Assembly: GCA_937858235.1 (NCBI GenBank)
Contig: CALLZZ010000575.1
Location: 11,268-75,267 of the forward strand
DNA from: an uncultured Clostridia bacterium
GTDB lineage: Bacteria > Bacillota > Clostridia > Oscillospirales > Oscillospiraceae
DNA: 64,000 bases
Direction: 5' to 3'
In this document: positions 19,503-29,696 of the stretch, one piece after another
How the letters are laid out: each line of letters opens with the position of its first letter
Position numbering within the stretch: the stretch's first letter is position 1
The notes under the pieces: model-generated
The model's database searches: none
What the model was told of the DNA's origin: nothing
Seen by the model: the letters and a program-made list of their open reading frames with translations, nothing else
Position numbers and translations under genes: made by a program

Positions 19503-20402
19503 ATGCTGATAGAAACAAATAATCTTACCAAAGTGTACAATGGTAAAATATCAGCCTGTAACGAGATCTGCCTTTCCCTTGCGGAAGGGCAGGTCTTTGG
19601 CTTGCTGGGCCCCAACGGTGCAGGTAAAAGCACCCTGGTGAAAATGCTGCTGGGTATGGTCCACCCTACTTCAGGACAGGCATTAATCAAGGGTAAGCCG
19701 GTAAATCTCCCCCAGACCCGTAAAAGCATTGGCTACCTGCCGGAACTGTTTCGCTTGTATGATTGGCTTACAGCGGAGGAATTGCTGCGTTTTTATGCCG
19801 GCACTTACGGTATACCTGCCCGTGAGCAAAAAGCTGCTATAACTGAGGCCCTGGAACTGGTGGGGCTTACCGGCCGGGAAAAAGAGAAAATAAAGGGCTA
19901 TTCCAAAGGCATGCAGCAGCGCCTGGCTCTGGCCGGCGCTGTTTTGGATAAACCGGATTTGCTGTTTCTGGACGAACCTACTTCGGCTCTGGACCCGATA
20001 GGACGCAGAGATGTGCGCGATCTGCTTTATACCCTTAGAAAAAGGGGAACTACTATATTCCTGAACAGCCACCTGTTAAGTGAGGTGGAAATGACCTGTA
20101 CCCATCTGGGCTTTATTAAAAAGGGGAGAATGGTGGCTTGCGGGGAAACCTCAGAATTTTTGCAGGATAGTCATATAATAACGGTGGAGGCCGATGGGAT
20201 GGACCCGTCGCTGCTTGAGCGCTGGAACCAGGAGAAAAAACTGGTGGAAGTAAAGTGCAATACCATCAGTTTAACGGTAGAAAACAGGTCGGAAGTTCCG
20301 GTGATAGTAAATGAATTGGTGCATCACGGCGTCAATATTTATCACGTGGAAAGCAAAAGTCGGGGGCTTGAAGAAGTATTCCTGGATTTAATCGAAAGTT
20401 GA
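19503..20402 (+). CDS. ABC-2 type ATP-binding protein
   Basis: GPNGAGKS, YSKGMQQR, FLNSHLL. Confidence 0.92.
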   Translation: MLIETNNLTKVYNGKISACNEICLSLAEGQVFGLLGPNGAGKSTLVKMLLGMVHPTSGQALIKGKPVNLPQTRKSIGYLPELFRLYDWLTAEELLRFYAGTYGIPAREQKAAITEALELVGLTGREKEKIKGYSKGMQQRLALAGAVLDKPDLLFLDEPTSALDPIGRRDVRDLLYTLRKRGTTIFLNSHLLSEVEMTCTHLGFIKKGRMVACGETSEFLQDSHIITVEADGMDPSLLERWNQEKKLVEVKCNTISLTVENRSEVPVIVNELVHHGVNIYHVESKSRGLEEVFLDLIES

Positions 20403-20415
20403 GGGGGTTCCTGAC

Positions 20416-21255
20416 GTGCAGAATATAATGAAATTGACTCTAAAAGAGATATTTAATAAGCGGATTCTTCATATAGGCATTATCTTAACAATTGTTTATC
20501 TTCTAGTCTATTGTTTAGGACTGCATTATATTGCCCGGGACCAGGTCGGTGGGCAGGGTGCCCGGTTATGGTTTACCCAGCAGGCAGGTTATCAGATTAT
20601 GACTCTGGGCTGGTATATGTCCACCTTCTTAGCCGGAGCATTAGCCATCATGGCCGGCATTGGGAGCATCTCGGGTGAAATCGAAAACGGCACCATGTTA
20701 AGCCTGGTTTCCAAGCCCCTGTCACGGCGGGCCATTGTAGGGGGCAAGTTCTTGGCTTATTCCATGGTTACCGCTATTTATAGCGCGGTAATGGTGGGGA
20801 CCATTTCCCTGCTGGCACGGTATTATTTTAAACTGGTGATGAATCCGGGAGCAATATTGACGGGCATACTGCTTTTTATGCTCTTCCCGGTAGTGCTTCT
20901 GGCCGTAGCCCATCTCGGTTCGACCCTGATGAGTACGCTTACTAACGGCATCACTACTTTCATGCTGTTTACAGTGGGTATCATCGGCGGGTTCATGGAA
21001 CAAATCGGAGCGCTTATAGGCAACCATGCCATGATTAATATCGGAGTGGTATCGAGCCTTTTAATCCCCTGTGACGCCATTTACCGCATGGCGGTGACCC
21101 GTACCGGAGGTATGCTGGGCAGCAGCTTTATTGTGAATTTCGGCCCCTTTGGCGGAGCCTCCACCCCCAGCATCTGGATGCTGGTCTATGCCTTGATTTA
21201 TATAGCGGTAATGATTTTATTGGCCATGTATTTCTTTGAGAAAAAAGATTTATAA
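20416..21255 (+). CDS. ABC-2 type permease
   Basis: EIENGT..KPLSR..GKF; C-terminal FEKKDL. Confidence 0.88.
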   Translation: MQNIMKLTLKEIFNKRILHIGIILTIVYLLVYCLGLHYIARDQVGGQGARLWFTQQAGYQIMTLGWYMSTFLAGALAIMAGIGSISGEIENGTMLSLVSKPLSRRAIVGGKFLAYSMVTAIYSAVMVGTISLLARYYFKLVMNPGAILTGILLFMLFPVVLLAVAHLGSTLMSTLTNGITTFMLFTVGIIGGFMEQIGALIGNHAMINIGVVSSLLIPCDAIYRMAVTRTGGMLGSSFIVNFGPFGGASTPSIWMLVYALIYIAVMILLAMYFFEKKDL

Positions 21256-21297
21256 GAACAACCCTGGCAGGTTTGCAGCAAGCACGAAAACAATCAG

Positions 21298-21352
21298 GGG
21301 GAGGGATCCCAGACCAGGCATAAGACCCGTGCCTGATCCGGGATCCCTCCCC
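21298..21352. terminator. 23-bp GC-rich hairpin between convergent ECF operons
   Basis: GGGGAGGGATCCCAGACCAGGCA / TGCCTGATCCGGGATCCCTCCCC. Confidence 0.6.
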
Positions 21353-21375
21353 TGGTTCGCACTTTCTCGCTGCTT

Positions 21376-22278
21376 TTAAGGCAATTTATTTATATCCAGT
21401 TCATCTGCATTGATAATATTTAGTTTATAAGTACCATTGCCCAAAGTACTCTGGGCTTGTGTTTGTTCAGGCCGGGAACCGCTAGACGGGGTGGTAGCCT
21501 TGGACCAGGCCAGGTTGCCGCCTATATTATCGGCATGGCGGCTGATTGTGTTAATTAACAAGTCCGCATGGGCTGCTATTTGAACCGAGCAGTCACCCGG
21601 TTCATTTAAAGTCCAGTTGGCTTTGGGTGATGCCAGCTTGAGAAATAAAGGACTTTGATGCGAATCAATTTCTACATTTATATTCTCCGGTAAAACTACG
21701 GTAGTATTTTTCGACCACCCGCTGCTGCTGCCGTTCAGGCCCAGATACAAAGTATTGCCGGAACGTTTTTGCCACAATAAATCGTTTTCTGCCGCCATGG
21801 CATTGGCTTCCTGGCTGGACGTGGCGCGTATCTGCTCCGTAGAATGCACCAGTATGGAATTTGATGCGGTGGTTTCAACCTTGACCGGGATGTTGCTGGT
21901 TTCCAATATTATACGGGTTATTCCGCTTTCCAGAGCAATCTCGGCATTTTTCTGAATCGCGAAATCCCGGGAATTCAATTCGGTGCGGGCCCGGTCAATA
22001 AGCCCTACCTGGCCGGCACTATACAGTCCCAGTCCGGTTAGCACGATTATTAAAACTATGAATATGCTAAAAACATCATATTTTATCTTAATAGTTTCAC
22101 CTTTGTTCAAATAGGTCTGTAGAAGAATCTCCGCCCCCAGCAGGATGAAAATCAAAGGCCACCATTTTACTATCAGGTCCATGACTGCCAGCCGGTTAAA
22201 CTGGGCATAAAGTAATCCGATTCCGCTGCCTATCAGCAGCAGACCCATGGAGAGAGAGCCTACTCGCCACTGCCGCAT
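21376..22278 (-). CDS. Membrane protein with LiaF-like N-terminus and extracytoplasmic domain
   Basis: MRQWRVG, WWPLIFILLGAEIL. Confidence 0.7.
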   Translation of the reverse strand: MRQWRVGSLSMGLLLIGSGIGLLYAQFNRLAVMDLIVKWWPLIFILLGAEILLQTYLNKGETIKIKYDVFSIFIVLIIVLTGLGLYSAGQVGLIDRARTELNSRDFAIQKNAEIALESGITRIILETSNIPVKVETTASNSILVHSTEQIRATSSQEANAMAAENDLLWQKRSGNTLYLGLNGSSSGWSKNTTVVLPENINVEIDSHQSPLFLKLASPKANWTLNEPGDCSVQIAAHADLLINTISRHADNIGGNLAWSKATTPSSGSRPEQTQAQSTLGNGTYKLNIINADELDINKLP

Positions 22279-23027
22279 GATTCATCCTCCTTTTCCGCTT
22301 CTGCTGGTTTGGGGCTTCCCTTTAGAAGCAGTACGCCTCCGATTATCAAAATCAATGCCACTATTCCGGTATCGATATAATTGAACAGGTCGGGGTTAAG
22401 CATAGACTGAATAACCGGAGTAATGATTCTTTGCAATATAACTATTACACCCAGAATTATAAGGCTCCAGCCCATCCAGCTCGGATGCCGGCTGAGCCAG
22501 GCAAATAGCGGAGATTCATCCGGCCTTAAACCTTCACTTTCCTCTTCCAGCAGGTGATAGGCATCAAAGATACTGTAAAACCAGATTACCGGTAAAACAA
22601 AAACCAGTATTTCCAGATTGAGCCACGAACTAAGGCAGAGGAAGAAAAAGAAAGCAGTCATGAACTGGGCGCCCTGTTTGAGTAATCCCAGATACATATG
22701 TCCTGCGCCCGGGACAACGGAAAGAGCCACAGCTATAATCTTGCGGTTGCTAAGCAACGGATTTACATAGGATTCTTCAGGGCTATGGTCGATCATGGCA
22801 AATGCATCTACCAGAGCAACGAACCACACGATGACCAGTCCAAAGAATAAAAGCGGACCCAGCAGACCCCAGCCCGGTGCCATTCCGCCAATAAAGGCAC
22901 CTCCCATGCACACTCCGACAAAAACGGTGAAAAATATTAAAGCCCGGTACGGAAATCCCAGATAAAGGTGGGATAAACCGGGGAGAAAGGAAAGTATAAA
23001 GGTAATCAGTTTACTTTTTGTCTTCAT
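22260..23027 (-). CDS. Membrane protein with duplicated PG.GH.YLG motif
   Basis: PGLSHLYLG and PGAGHMYLG. Confidence 0.75.
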   Translation of the reverse strand: MKTKSKLITFILSFLPGLSHLYLGFPYRALIFFTVFVGVCMGGAFIGGMAPGWGLLGPLLFFGLVIVWFVALVDAFAMIDHSPEESYVNPLLSNRKIIAVALSVVPGAGHMYLGLLKQGAQFMTAFFFFLCLSSWLNLEILVFVLPVIWFYSIFDAYHLLEEESEGLRPDESPLFAWLSRHPSWMGWSLIILGVIVILQRIITPVIQSMLNPDLFNYIDTGIVALILIIGGVLLLKGSPKPAEAEKEDESCGSGE

Positions 23028-23509
23028 CTCTTAACCTCCTTTAAATTTCTAGTTAATTCTATTTTTTGGAAGTATTGGGCAGAAGTTTTGGACAGCTGTT
23101 CCGGCCATGAATATAAAAGGCGGGCTGGTCCCTCTATAGCAGAAATTTGCTGAGTCTGCCTGTAGGCCAAACCATTTACTATAGTCTGAAATACTCCCCC
23201 GCTGACCAGCATGAGCGTAATGGCTGCCGCTGCAGTATAATAGGCCAGCAGTCTCCGCCTTTTGTTCACCTTAGAGAACAAGGACGATACGGGTTTACTC
23301 TGGGCTCGAACCAGTTGCATTGTTTTCCGGCCAAAGTCATCCGGTATAACCTCAGCTGCCGCATTGATCTCTTCCTGGCCCATTAATCCCAGCCATACAT
23401 CCATGCAACTATCGCAGACCTGAAGGTGCTGCTCCATCTGGAGCTGCTTCTCTTCAGGCAGGCGATGCTTTTTGAAATCAATCCATTCCTGCTGTGTATA
23501 ATGACTCAT
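23024..23509 (-). CDS. Zinc-finger anti-sigma factor
   Basis: HLQVCDSC, TM; ATGA overlap with ECF stop. Confidence 0.85.
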   Translation of the reverse strand: MSHYTQQEWIDFKKHRLPEEKQLQMEQHLQVCDSCMDVWLGLMGQEEINAAAEVIPDDFGRKTMQLVRAQSKPVSSLFSKVNKRRRLLAYYTAAAAITLMLVSGGVFQTIVNGLAYRQTQQISAIEGPARLLYSWPEQLSKTSAQYFQKIELTRNLKEVKR

Positions 23510-24045
23510 CCATTACCCTCCTTCCACTTCTGCCGTATGAGTATCCGGGCCCGGTAAAGCCTTGACTCCACTGCTTTAATACTGATTCCTTCCGCATCGG
23601 CAATTTGCTGGTAAGACTGATGGTGATAATAGTAGCTGGTAATTGTCTGCCCGTAACACCGGGGCAGGGATTGGCAGATTTCCCGAATGCGCTGTTCATT
23701 TTCCTTTTGGATCAAAAAATCATCCGGATGTATTCCACTTTCCAGCTTTAGTTCCGCGACATCTACCGGAACGCCGACGTTTTGGCGGGCCTGGCGCCGT
23801 TTCCAATCAATCGCTTTGTTAGCCGCAATCTTGCCTATCCAACCCTTCAGGTTGTCGGGGCGATAACGGGGAAGTGAGCGATAAATTTGTAAGAATACTT
23901 CCTGGGCCAGGTCTTCTGCTTCATTTGCGGTTACAAAATTTAAAATTACGGCGAAAACATAAGCCTGATAATGCTTTATAAGTTCTTCAAACGCCAGCTG
24001 GTCGTTTGACAGGAAACGTTCTAAGCATTCATTTTCATTCCAAAC
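23506..24045 (-). CDS. ECF sigma-70 factor (start anomalous)
   Basis: AEDLAQEVFL, WIGKIAANKAID, SYQQIA..ESRLYRAR; SD AAGGAGG 24060-24054. Confidence 0.8.
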   Translation of the reverse strand, partial: VWNENECLERFLSNDQLAFEELIKHYQAYVFAVILNFVTANEAEDLAQEVFLQIYRSLPRYRPDNLKGWIGKIAANKAIDWKRRQARQNVGVPVDVAELKLESGIHPDDFLIQKENEQRIREICQSLPRCYGQTITSYYYHHQSYQQIADAEGISIKAVESRLYRARILIRQKWKEGNG

Positions 24046-24314
24046 CTTGACCCCCTCCTTCCCGTTAACCGGTTCAATTATTATAACGTTAATGTAATCA
24101 AAAACCCTGCAGAAAATTAAACAGATTCTTTTAGTGTTCCTCCCGGGTAACAATATAAATTCCATAAAAATAAAACTTTTTTATGGAAAGATGAAATTTT
24201 AATTATGTAGATATATAATAAAAATAAGAAATTGAGAAAAATATTACAAGAACAAGCAAATTTTTTTTGGCCACATATTGTGAACGTTATCACAAACGAA
24301 GGGAGGGAACAGTA

Positions 24315-24506
24315 ATGTTAGTGCAGGACGAGATGTTGGACAATTGGAGTGAAGTTTATCTGGAAACTATGGAAGAACTACAGGGCGGCTGGGAAAAAAT
24401 CGGTATCCAAACCAAGGAAGAGGTAAATGAGGAATGGTGTAAGTGCTTTGCTTCTGACTATGAGATCAGGACTTTACTAAATATCCTCTATCGTAAAGTG
24501 GCCTGA
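24315..24506 (+). CDS. Small acidic hypothetical protein
   Basis: SD GGGAGG and ATG 24315; 63 aa. Confidence 0.6.
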   Translation: MLVQDEMLDNWSEVYLETMEELQGGWEKIGIQTKEEVNEEWCKCFASDYEIRTLLNILYRKVA

Positions 24507-24634
24507 CGGGAACAATCGCGGACCTCTGCAGCCTATAGATACCTGCAGCGTATTACTGCGTAATAATTGAATATGGAAGTACAGCCACGGCTTTTTGCAG
24601 TACTGAAGGCAAGAAGGTAGTGGCCATTTTTTTA

Positions 24635-24670
24635 AAAGGCAAAGAACATAATAGTGTGCTCTTTGCCTTT
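24635..24670. terminator. Bidirectional terminator
   Basis: AAAGGCAAAGAACA/TGCTCTTTGCCTTT. Confidence 0.7.
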
Positions 24671-24681
24671 ATTAATCTATG

Positions 24682-25785
24682 TTATAGTTTAAATTGTTCG
24701 GTTAATTGACTTAATGCCTCGGTGTTTCTGGCCAGTTTTTCAGCCGCTTCGCTAGTCTGTATAATAGTTTTGGTAGCTTCTTCCGTGTGGCCGGCGATCT
24801 CCTGTGAACGCAGCGCGCTGTTAGCCATGGTTTCCGTTATGGAGTCAAAGGCTTCGGTAATTTCGTCTACAGATTTGATGATCTGATTGCTGGTCTTAGA
24901 CGTTTTATCTATCAGCTTTAAGACCATATCGGAATCGCCCTTATATTGCTGGCTGATAGTAATCATCTCATCAAAGTTCCTGGCTACATAAGTATTCATG
25001 AAATTAAGCAAATCATTACAGTTAGTAATCAGATTATTGATAGAGCCCTGTACCTGGGTGGTCAATTCCTGAATATGGGTCACCGAGGTAGATGATTCTT
25101 CAGCCAGTTTCCGGACTTCTTCAGCTACAACCGCAAATCCCCGGCCCTGCTCACCGGCGCGGGCGGCTTCAATGGCGGCGTTCAGTGCCAGCAGATTGGT
25201 CTGGCTGGCTATACCGGATATATTAAGGGCCAAAGTGGAGATTTCATCGACAATTTTGGCTTTTTCAATGGCACCAACCATTTTCTGCTTGATGCTCTCG
25301 TAAAGCTGTTGGGTGGAATCGCGGTCAGATAATGCTTGTTGCTCCAATGTAAGAGCTCTTTCTTCCACTGCTTTAGCTTTTTTATCATCTCCCTGCAGTT
25401 CCCGGTTTAATTCATCCAGCATTGCCCCCATTTCCTGACTGGAGGAATTCACCTCCTCAGAAGAAGCGGATACTTCTTCCAGACCGGCTGCAATTTCTTC
25501 TGTGGAGGAGGATATGCTTTGCATACGTGATGAGATATTTTGTCCAAACGCGGCTAAATGTTGACTGGCGGCAGCCAGTTCCTGAGATTGACCATTTATA
25601 TTGGTTATGACATCGCGGAAACGAAGAGCCATTTTTTCGATGGCCTGGGCCAATCGACCAATATCATCAGGGCGGTTAAGCAACTGGGCGGGTACATCCA
25701 CGTTCAAATCACCACTTGCTATAGCATCAGCTATTTCAGTCAGCTGAGCCAACATAGTACTTTTTGAACCAAAACCTAATTCCAT
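24682..25785 (-). CDS. Methyl-accepting chemotaxis protein (HAMP + signalling domain, no TM)
   Basis: [35 protein letters not shown]. Confidence 0.92.
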   Translation of the reverse strand: MELGFGSKSTMLAQLTEIADAIASGDLNVDVPAQLLNRPDDIGRLAQAIEKMALRFRDVITNINGQSQELAAASQHLAAFGQNISSRMQSISSSTEEIAAGLEEVSASSEEVNSSSQEMGAMLDELNRELQGDDKKAKAVEERALTLEQQALSDRDSTQQLYESIKQKMVGAIEKAKIVDEISTLALNISGIASQTNLLALNAAIEAARAGEQGRGFAVVAEEVRKLAEESSTSVTHIQELTTQVQGSINNLITNCNDLLNFMNTYVARNFDEMITISQQYKGDSDMVLKLIDKTSKTSNQIIKSVDEITEAFDSITETMANSALRSQEIAGHTEEATKTIIQTSEAAEKLARNTEALSQLTEQFKL

Positions 25786-26018
25786 ACTTACCAAACTCCT
25801 TCCGTGTGATAGGTTAAATCTACCTTACTTATTAGTCTACCGGAAATAATTCTATAGATTGTAAAATTTTATTTCTAATACTGCAAGGCCTATAAAATAA
25901 TTTAATTGATCCATCAAATTATTTACCGTAAATTTAAAGATAACATAAGTACTTTTACTCTAATACTAGTTAGGTTATACTAAAATGTGGGTTTAGAGAC
26001 CTTATGAGGAGGACAAAA

Positions 26019-28223
26019 ATGAAGAAGTCTCGTCTTGTACTGCTGGCGTTCATACTGATTGCAGCAGTATTATGTCCGGTGGATTCAACCGAGGCTCAAC
26101 CCGCCAATAAAAACAGCGGGAAAGTCTACCTATTGTCAATAGATACTCTGTCCATATTGGATATCAATCATACCAATACGCCCAACCTGTGGGAACTATC
26201 CCAAAAAGGAGCGGTAGGGCTGTCCAGCAATCGGTCTTTGCGAAGTGCTAACAGCATGGACTCAAGTCTTACCATAGGAGCAGGTAATCTGGTCCGTGCC
26301 TATGGTGGAGGTATAATGGCCTATAACCGTGATGAAAAAATCATGAACCGTAATCAGACTGCGGCCCAGTTATATCAAAACTTGACCGGATGGGACCCGG
26401 AGGATAGCGCCGCTCTTTTAGTCAACCTGCCGGAGATTTTGACCGGGATGAGCACCGAAAATGTGAATTCAGTACCTGGTGCTATGGGCGAACTTTTGAA
26501 AAATAACCAGCACCAGGTTTGTGTCCTGGGGAATGGTGATATCAATGGTACCCCTTTCAGGTCATCCGTAGCTATAGGCATGGATGCCGCCGGCCGGGTA
26601 CCACTTGGCGATGTAGGGGCCAATACTTACACACAGTCACCGGAAAGTTATCTGGGCTGGGAGACGAATTACAGTTATCTGCTCAGCCAGGCTAAAGTTA
26701 ATCAAAAACAGGCGGATGTTATCATTATTGAGCTGTCTGATTTGGCCAGGCTTGATAAATCAGATATTGCATTCCCTGAAATATTGGAGAAACAGAGAAA
26801 CATCTATCTGCACCGGATCGATGAATTTGTGGGCGAGTTGAGTAAGCAAATGAATGCTCAAGAGGACATGATGCTGATTGTCGCGCCTTCGCCCTCTTTG
26901 ACCCAGATATCGAATAAAAATAACTTTACACCGGTTATTGCCTATGGTAAAAATATCGAGCATGGATTCCTTACTTCCGGTGCCACCCGCCGTGATTATA
27001 TTGTGTCCAATACAGATATAGCACCTACGGTGCTGGGTTTCTTTAACATCAAGACTTCACCTTCCATGATTGGACAATCCATACAAAGTAGATCAACTCC
27101 GGGAATCGACACTTTACAGGCCGCTCAGAATTTAAGTCTGTCTGCCGCTACGGTAAACCGCCTGAGGGCCCCCATGGTCAAGGGCTATATATTAATGTTG
27201 ATTATCTTTATTCTGCTCAGTGTTATTGCTATCTTTGGGATTCCCCGACTTACCAGAGCGGTGGAGCCATTGGTAGTCAGTCTGGTAGCCGTCCCTCTGG
27301 TATTCTTGCCCCTGGGCCGGCTTAATTTGGCTGCTGACTGGGAGTATATTCTATTTGCAGTGCTTGCTATTATTATTATTACTGCCCTGGCCATCTACCT
27401 GTGCCGCTTCGATTTCCATAGGGCTTTTATCGCACTTACCGGGATAACCGCTGTTGCCATTGACCTCGATGTGATTACCGGTTTTCACATGATTCAAAGA
27501 TCAGTGCTTGGTTACGATCCCATGGCCGGTGCACGCTATTACGGCATCGGCAATGAATATATGGGAATACTGCTCGGCAGCATTATCATTTTAGGTGCCG
27601 TAGCATACGATAAATTTCCACGTAAATGGATGCTGGGGCTGATAACCCTCGTTTTTTTAATGCACTGTTACATTATCGCCGGACCTTCGCTTGGTGCTCA
27701 ATCTGACGGGGTGCTCACTGCGCCGGCCGCCTTCCTGGTAACCATCGCGTTGCTGGGTAATGTCAGGATAAATCCCCGGGTTTTGTTGGGCATGTTGGGT
27801 ATAGTAGTGGCGTCTATCCTGGGCCTTACCCTGTATGACATGAGTCGCCCCGTGGAAATGCAAACCCACATTGGCCGTGCAGCCCATCAAATAATTTCGG
27901 GGGGATGGAAGGAAGGCATTATTATAATTGCCCGCAAATTGGGAATGAATTTCAAGCTAATCCGCTATACCATCTGGAGCCGTGTTTTCCTGGTAATGCT
28001 GGGTGTCCTGGCCCTGTTGATATATAGGCCGGTGGGTGCCATGGAGAAAATCAGACTGCAGAGACCACGTATAATAAAAGGCTTTGCCGGTATACTAACG
28101 GGAGCCATCGTAGGACTTATCATAAATGATTCCGGAATCGTTGCTGCCGCTACTACCAGTATTTATATGGTAATACCGCTTTTGCTGCTAATGATGAATT
28201 TACAGAAAAAACCGGTTGATTAA
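26019..28223 (+). CDS. Membrane protein with extracellular alkaline-phosphatase-like domain
   Basis: Signal peptide, DIAPTVL, GARYYGIGNEYMG, about 10 TMs. Confidence 0.75.
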   Translation: MKKSRLVLLAFILIAAVLCPVDSTEAQPANKNSGKVYLLSIDTLSILDINHTNTPNLWELSQKGAVGLSSNRSLRSANSMDSSLTIGAGNLVRAYGGGIMAYNRDEKIMNRNQTAAQLYQNLTGWDPEDSAALLVNLPEILTGMSTENVNSVPGAMGELLKNNQHQVCVLGNGDINGTPFRSSVAIGMDAAGRVPLGDVGANTYTQSPESYLGWETNYSYLLSQAKVNQKQADVIIIELSDLARLDKSDIAFPEILEKQRNIYLHRIDEFVGELSKQMNAQEDMMLIVAPSPSLTQISNKNNFTPVIAYGKNIEHGFLTSGATRRDYIVSNTDIAPTVLGFFNIKTSPSMIGQSIQSRSTPGIDTLQAAQNLSLSAATVNRLRAPMVKGYILMLIIFILLSVIAIFGIPRLTRAVEPLVVSLVAVPLVFLPLGRLNLAADWEYILFAVLAIIIITALAIYLCRFDFHRAFIALTGITAVAIDLDVITGFHMIQRSVLGYDPMAGARYYGIGNEYMGILLGSIIILGAVAYDKFPRKWMLGLITLVFLMHCYIIAGPSLGAQSDGVLTAPAAFLVTIALLGNVRINPRVLLGMLGIVVASILGLTLYDMSRPVEMQTHIGRAAHQIISGGWKEGIIIIARKLGMNFKLIRYTIWSRVFLVMLGVLALLIYRPVGAMEKIRLQRPRIIKGFAGILTGAIVGLIINDSGIVAAATTSIYMVIPLLLLMMNLQKKPVD

Positions 28224-28339
28224 CTATTAACCCCAACCGGACTGTGTGATAAGGATAAGTTCCCCATTTAAAGCCCTTTACTTTGACCTGAGTACATCTT
28301 ATAATTAGGAAGGAAAATATAAGATGTAGTTGTACAAGT

Positions 28340-28415
28340 GGGGGCGTGGCTCAGCTGGGAGAGCACCTCGTTCGCAACGAGGGGGTCGTGGGTTCGAATC
28401 CCATCGTCTCCACCA
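28340..28415 (+). tRNA. tRNA-Ala(CGC); probable ICE integration site
   Basis: 76-nt cloverleaf, G3-U70 pair, anticodon loop TT-CGC-AA, encoded CCA. Confidence 0.97.
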
Positions 28416-28471
28416 AAAACAAAAGGTAAAAAAGATTTATCGGTCTCAAAGCCAGTAAATCCGAGCCTTTC

Positions 28472-28507
28472 AAGGGCTTTCACTCTAAAAAGTGGAAGCT
28501 CTTTTTT
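28472..28507 (+). terminator. tRNA terminator
   Basis: AAGGGCTTTCACT/AGTGGAAGCTCTT + TTTT. Confidence 0.7.
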
Positions 28508-28652
28508 CGTAGATTTATTGGGGTAAAAGCTTCACTCTGATGGGACTTGAACCCGCAAGTAAAAGCATTCAGGGGTAGCGCCCTTTTGTAATCACAGCGA
28601 AATGAAAAAGGGCGCCACTTAAATTGAAATCAAAAAACAAAATAAAACTGCC

Positions 28653-28707
28653 AAAGGGCGCTGATTTTACGGTTGATGAAAAGCCGGTTAAAGTCAGCGC
28701 CCTTTTT
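28653..28707 (+). terminator. Terminator/attenuator ahead of first ICE gene
   Basis: AAAGGGCGCTGATTTTA/TAAAGTCAGCGCCCTTT + TT. Confidence 0.6.
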
Positions 28708-28728
28708 GCGTTTATGGAAAGGAGAGCC

Positions 28729-28959
28729 ATGCTGGTACGATACAAGAAAAATAGAAAAAATGCCTGTTACGATTCGGATACTCTCATAACAACAGGCAAG
28801 ATACAGCCGGAGGAACGGCCTTGCGGTCCGTTCGAGAGCTGCGGCAACTGTCCATACCCCTCCCACGGTTTCATCTGCTACAGCTCGGAGGGAGATTGCC
28901 TCAGAACTGATATGAATAAGATCCACCGAAAAAACAGAAAGGAAGAAAACCGATGTTAG
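28729..28959 (+). CDS. Small Cys-rich hypothetical protein
   Basis: SD GAAAGGAG; CGNCPYPSHGFIC..C. Confidence 0.65.
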   Translation: MLVRYKKNRKNACYDSDTLITTGKIQPEERPCGPFESCGNCPYPSHGFICYSSEGDCLRTDMNKIHRKNRKEENRC

Positions 28960-29204
28960 AAATGAAACTGCGAAAGCGTGATGCCCCCTCCTATCGCACA
29001 GCGGTCATCACCTTTCCCGCCAATGAGCCGGACTTGCAGAAAGCGATGGATGGAATCGGCATTGGTATCACAACGGAAAAACTGTGCGTGGTAGATGCTG
29101 TTCAGAATGAGGATAAGGGATTGCATCCTGCTCATGCCGGAGGGCATGACCACGGAACAATGCCTTGCACCCCTGAACCAAGCCGCGGCATGGAGATAAA
29201 ATAG
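28953..29204 (+). pseudogene. Probable internally deleted ICE gene
   Basis: SD AAGGAAG; folded-looking N-terminus joined abruptly to a GMEIK tail. Confidence 0.4.
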
Positions 29205-29278
29205 CGGAATCTTTGTATTTGATATAGCTATTTTCAAAAAACTGTGGCATTGTGTTGTGCTTGAAGGAGGTGCATAGA

Positions 29279-29566
29279 ATGGAGCAATGGAAAGAATCTC
29301 TGCAGACTGCAATGGACGAGCGCTTTGACGCAGCCTTTGCGGAGCTGGCGAAATCCAACGCGGATGTCAGGAAAGCAATCAAACAGCAACGGGATGCATC
29401 GGTGCTGGTAAAAGATCATCCAAAGTACGATGAGGAACTTAAACAACTGGTGGATTCATATTTTGAGGCCATGCAGCTACTGCTGGGAGAGCATGGACAG
29501 CATCTATACATTCAAGGCGCCAAGGACTGCGTAACAGTTTTAAGAGAGTTCGGCATCATCAAGTAG
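29279..29566 (+). CDS. Helical hypothetical protein
   Basis: SD AAGGAGGT; LYIQGAKDC motif. Confidence 0.7.
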   Translation: MEQWKESLQTAMDERFDAAFAELAKSNADVRKAIKQQRDASVLVKDHPKYDEELKQLVDSYFEAMQLLLGEHGQHLYIQGAKDCVTVLREFGIIK

Positions 29567-29605
29567 CATAGACAATCACGTCTGTGCTTTTTTAGACCCA
29601 AAATC

Positions 29606-29647
29606 AAAACAGGGCCGTTTCCCCAACAGGATTCGGCCTTGTTTTTT
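29606..29647 (+). terminator. Intrinsic terminator
   Basis: AAAACAGGGCCG/CGGCCTTGTTTT + TT. Confidence 0.65.
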
Positions 29648-29696
29648 GTGCCTTTTTCGCCTTCCTTTCCGGGGAAACGACCGGAAAGGAGCAGCC

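Noticed and set aside
28268-28526. ORFs over the tRNA
   Set aside because: Shadow translations of tRNA-Ala
28560-28710. c-di-GMP riboswitch in the ICE leader
   Set aside because: GGCAAA/GAAA/GCAAAG consensus not found
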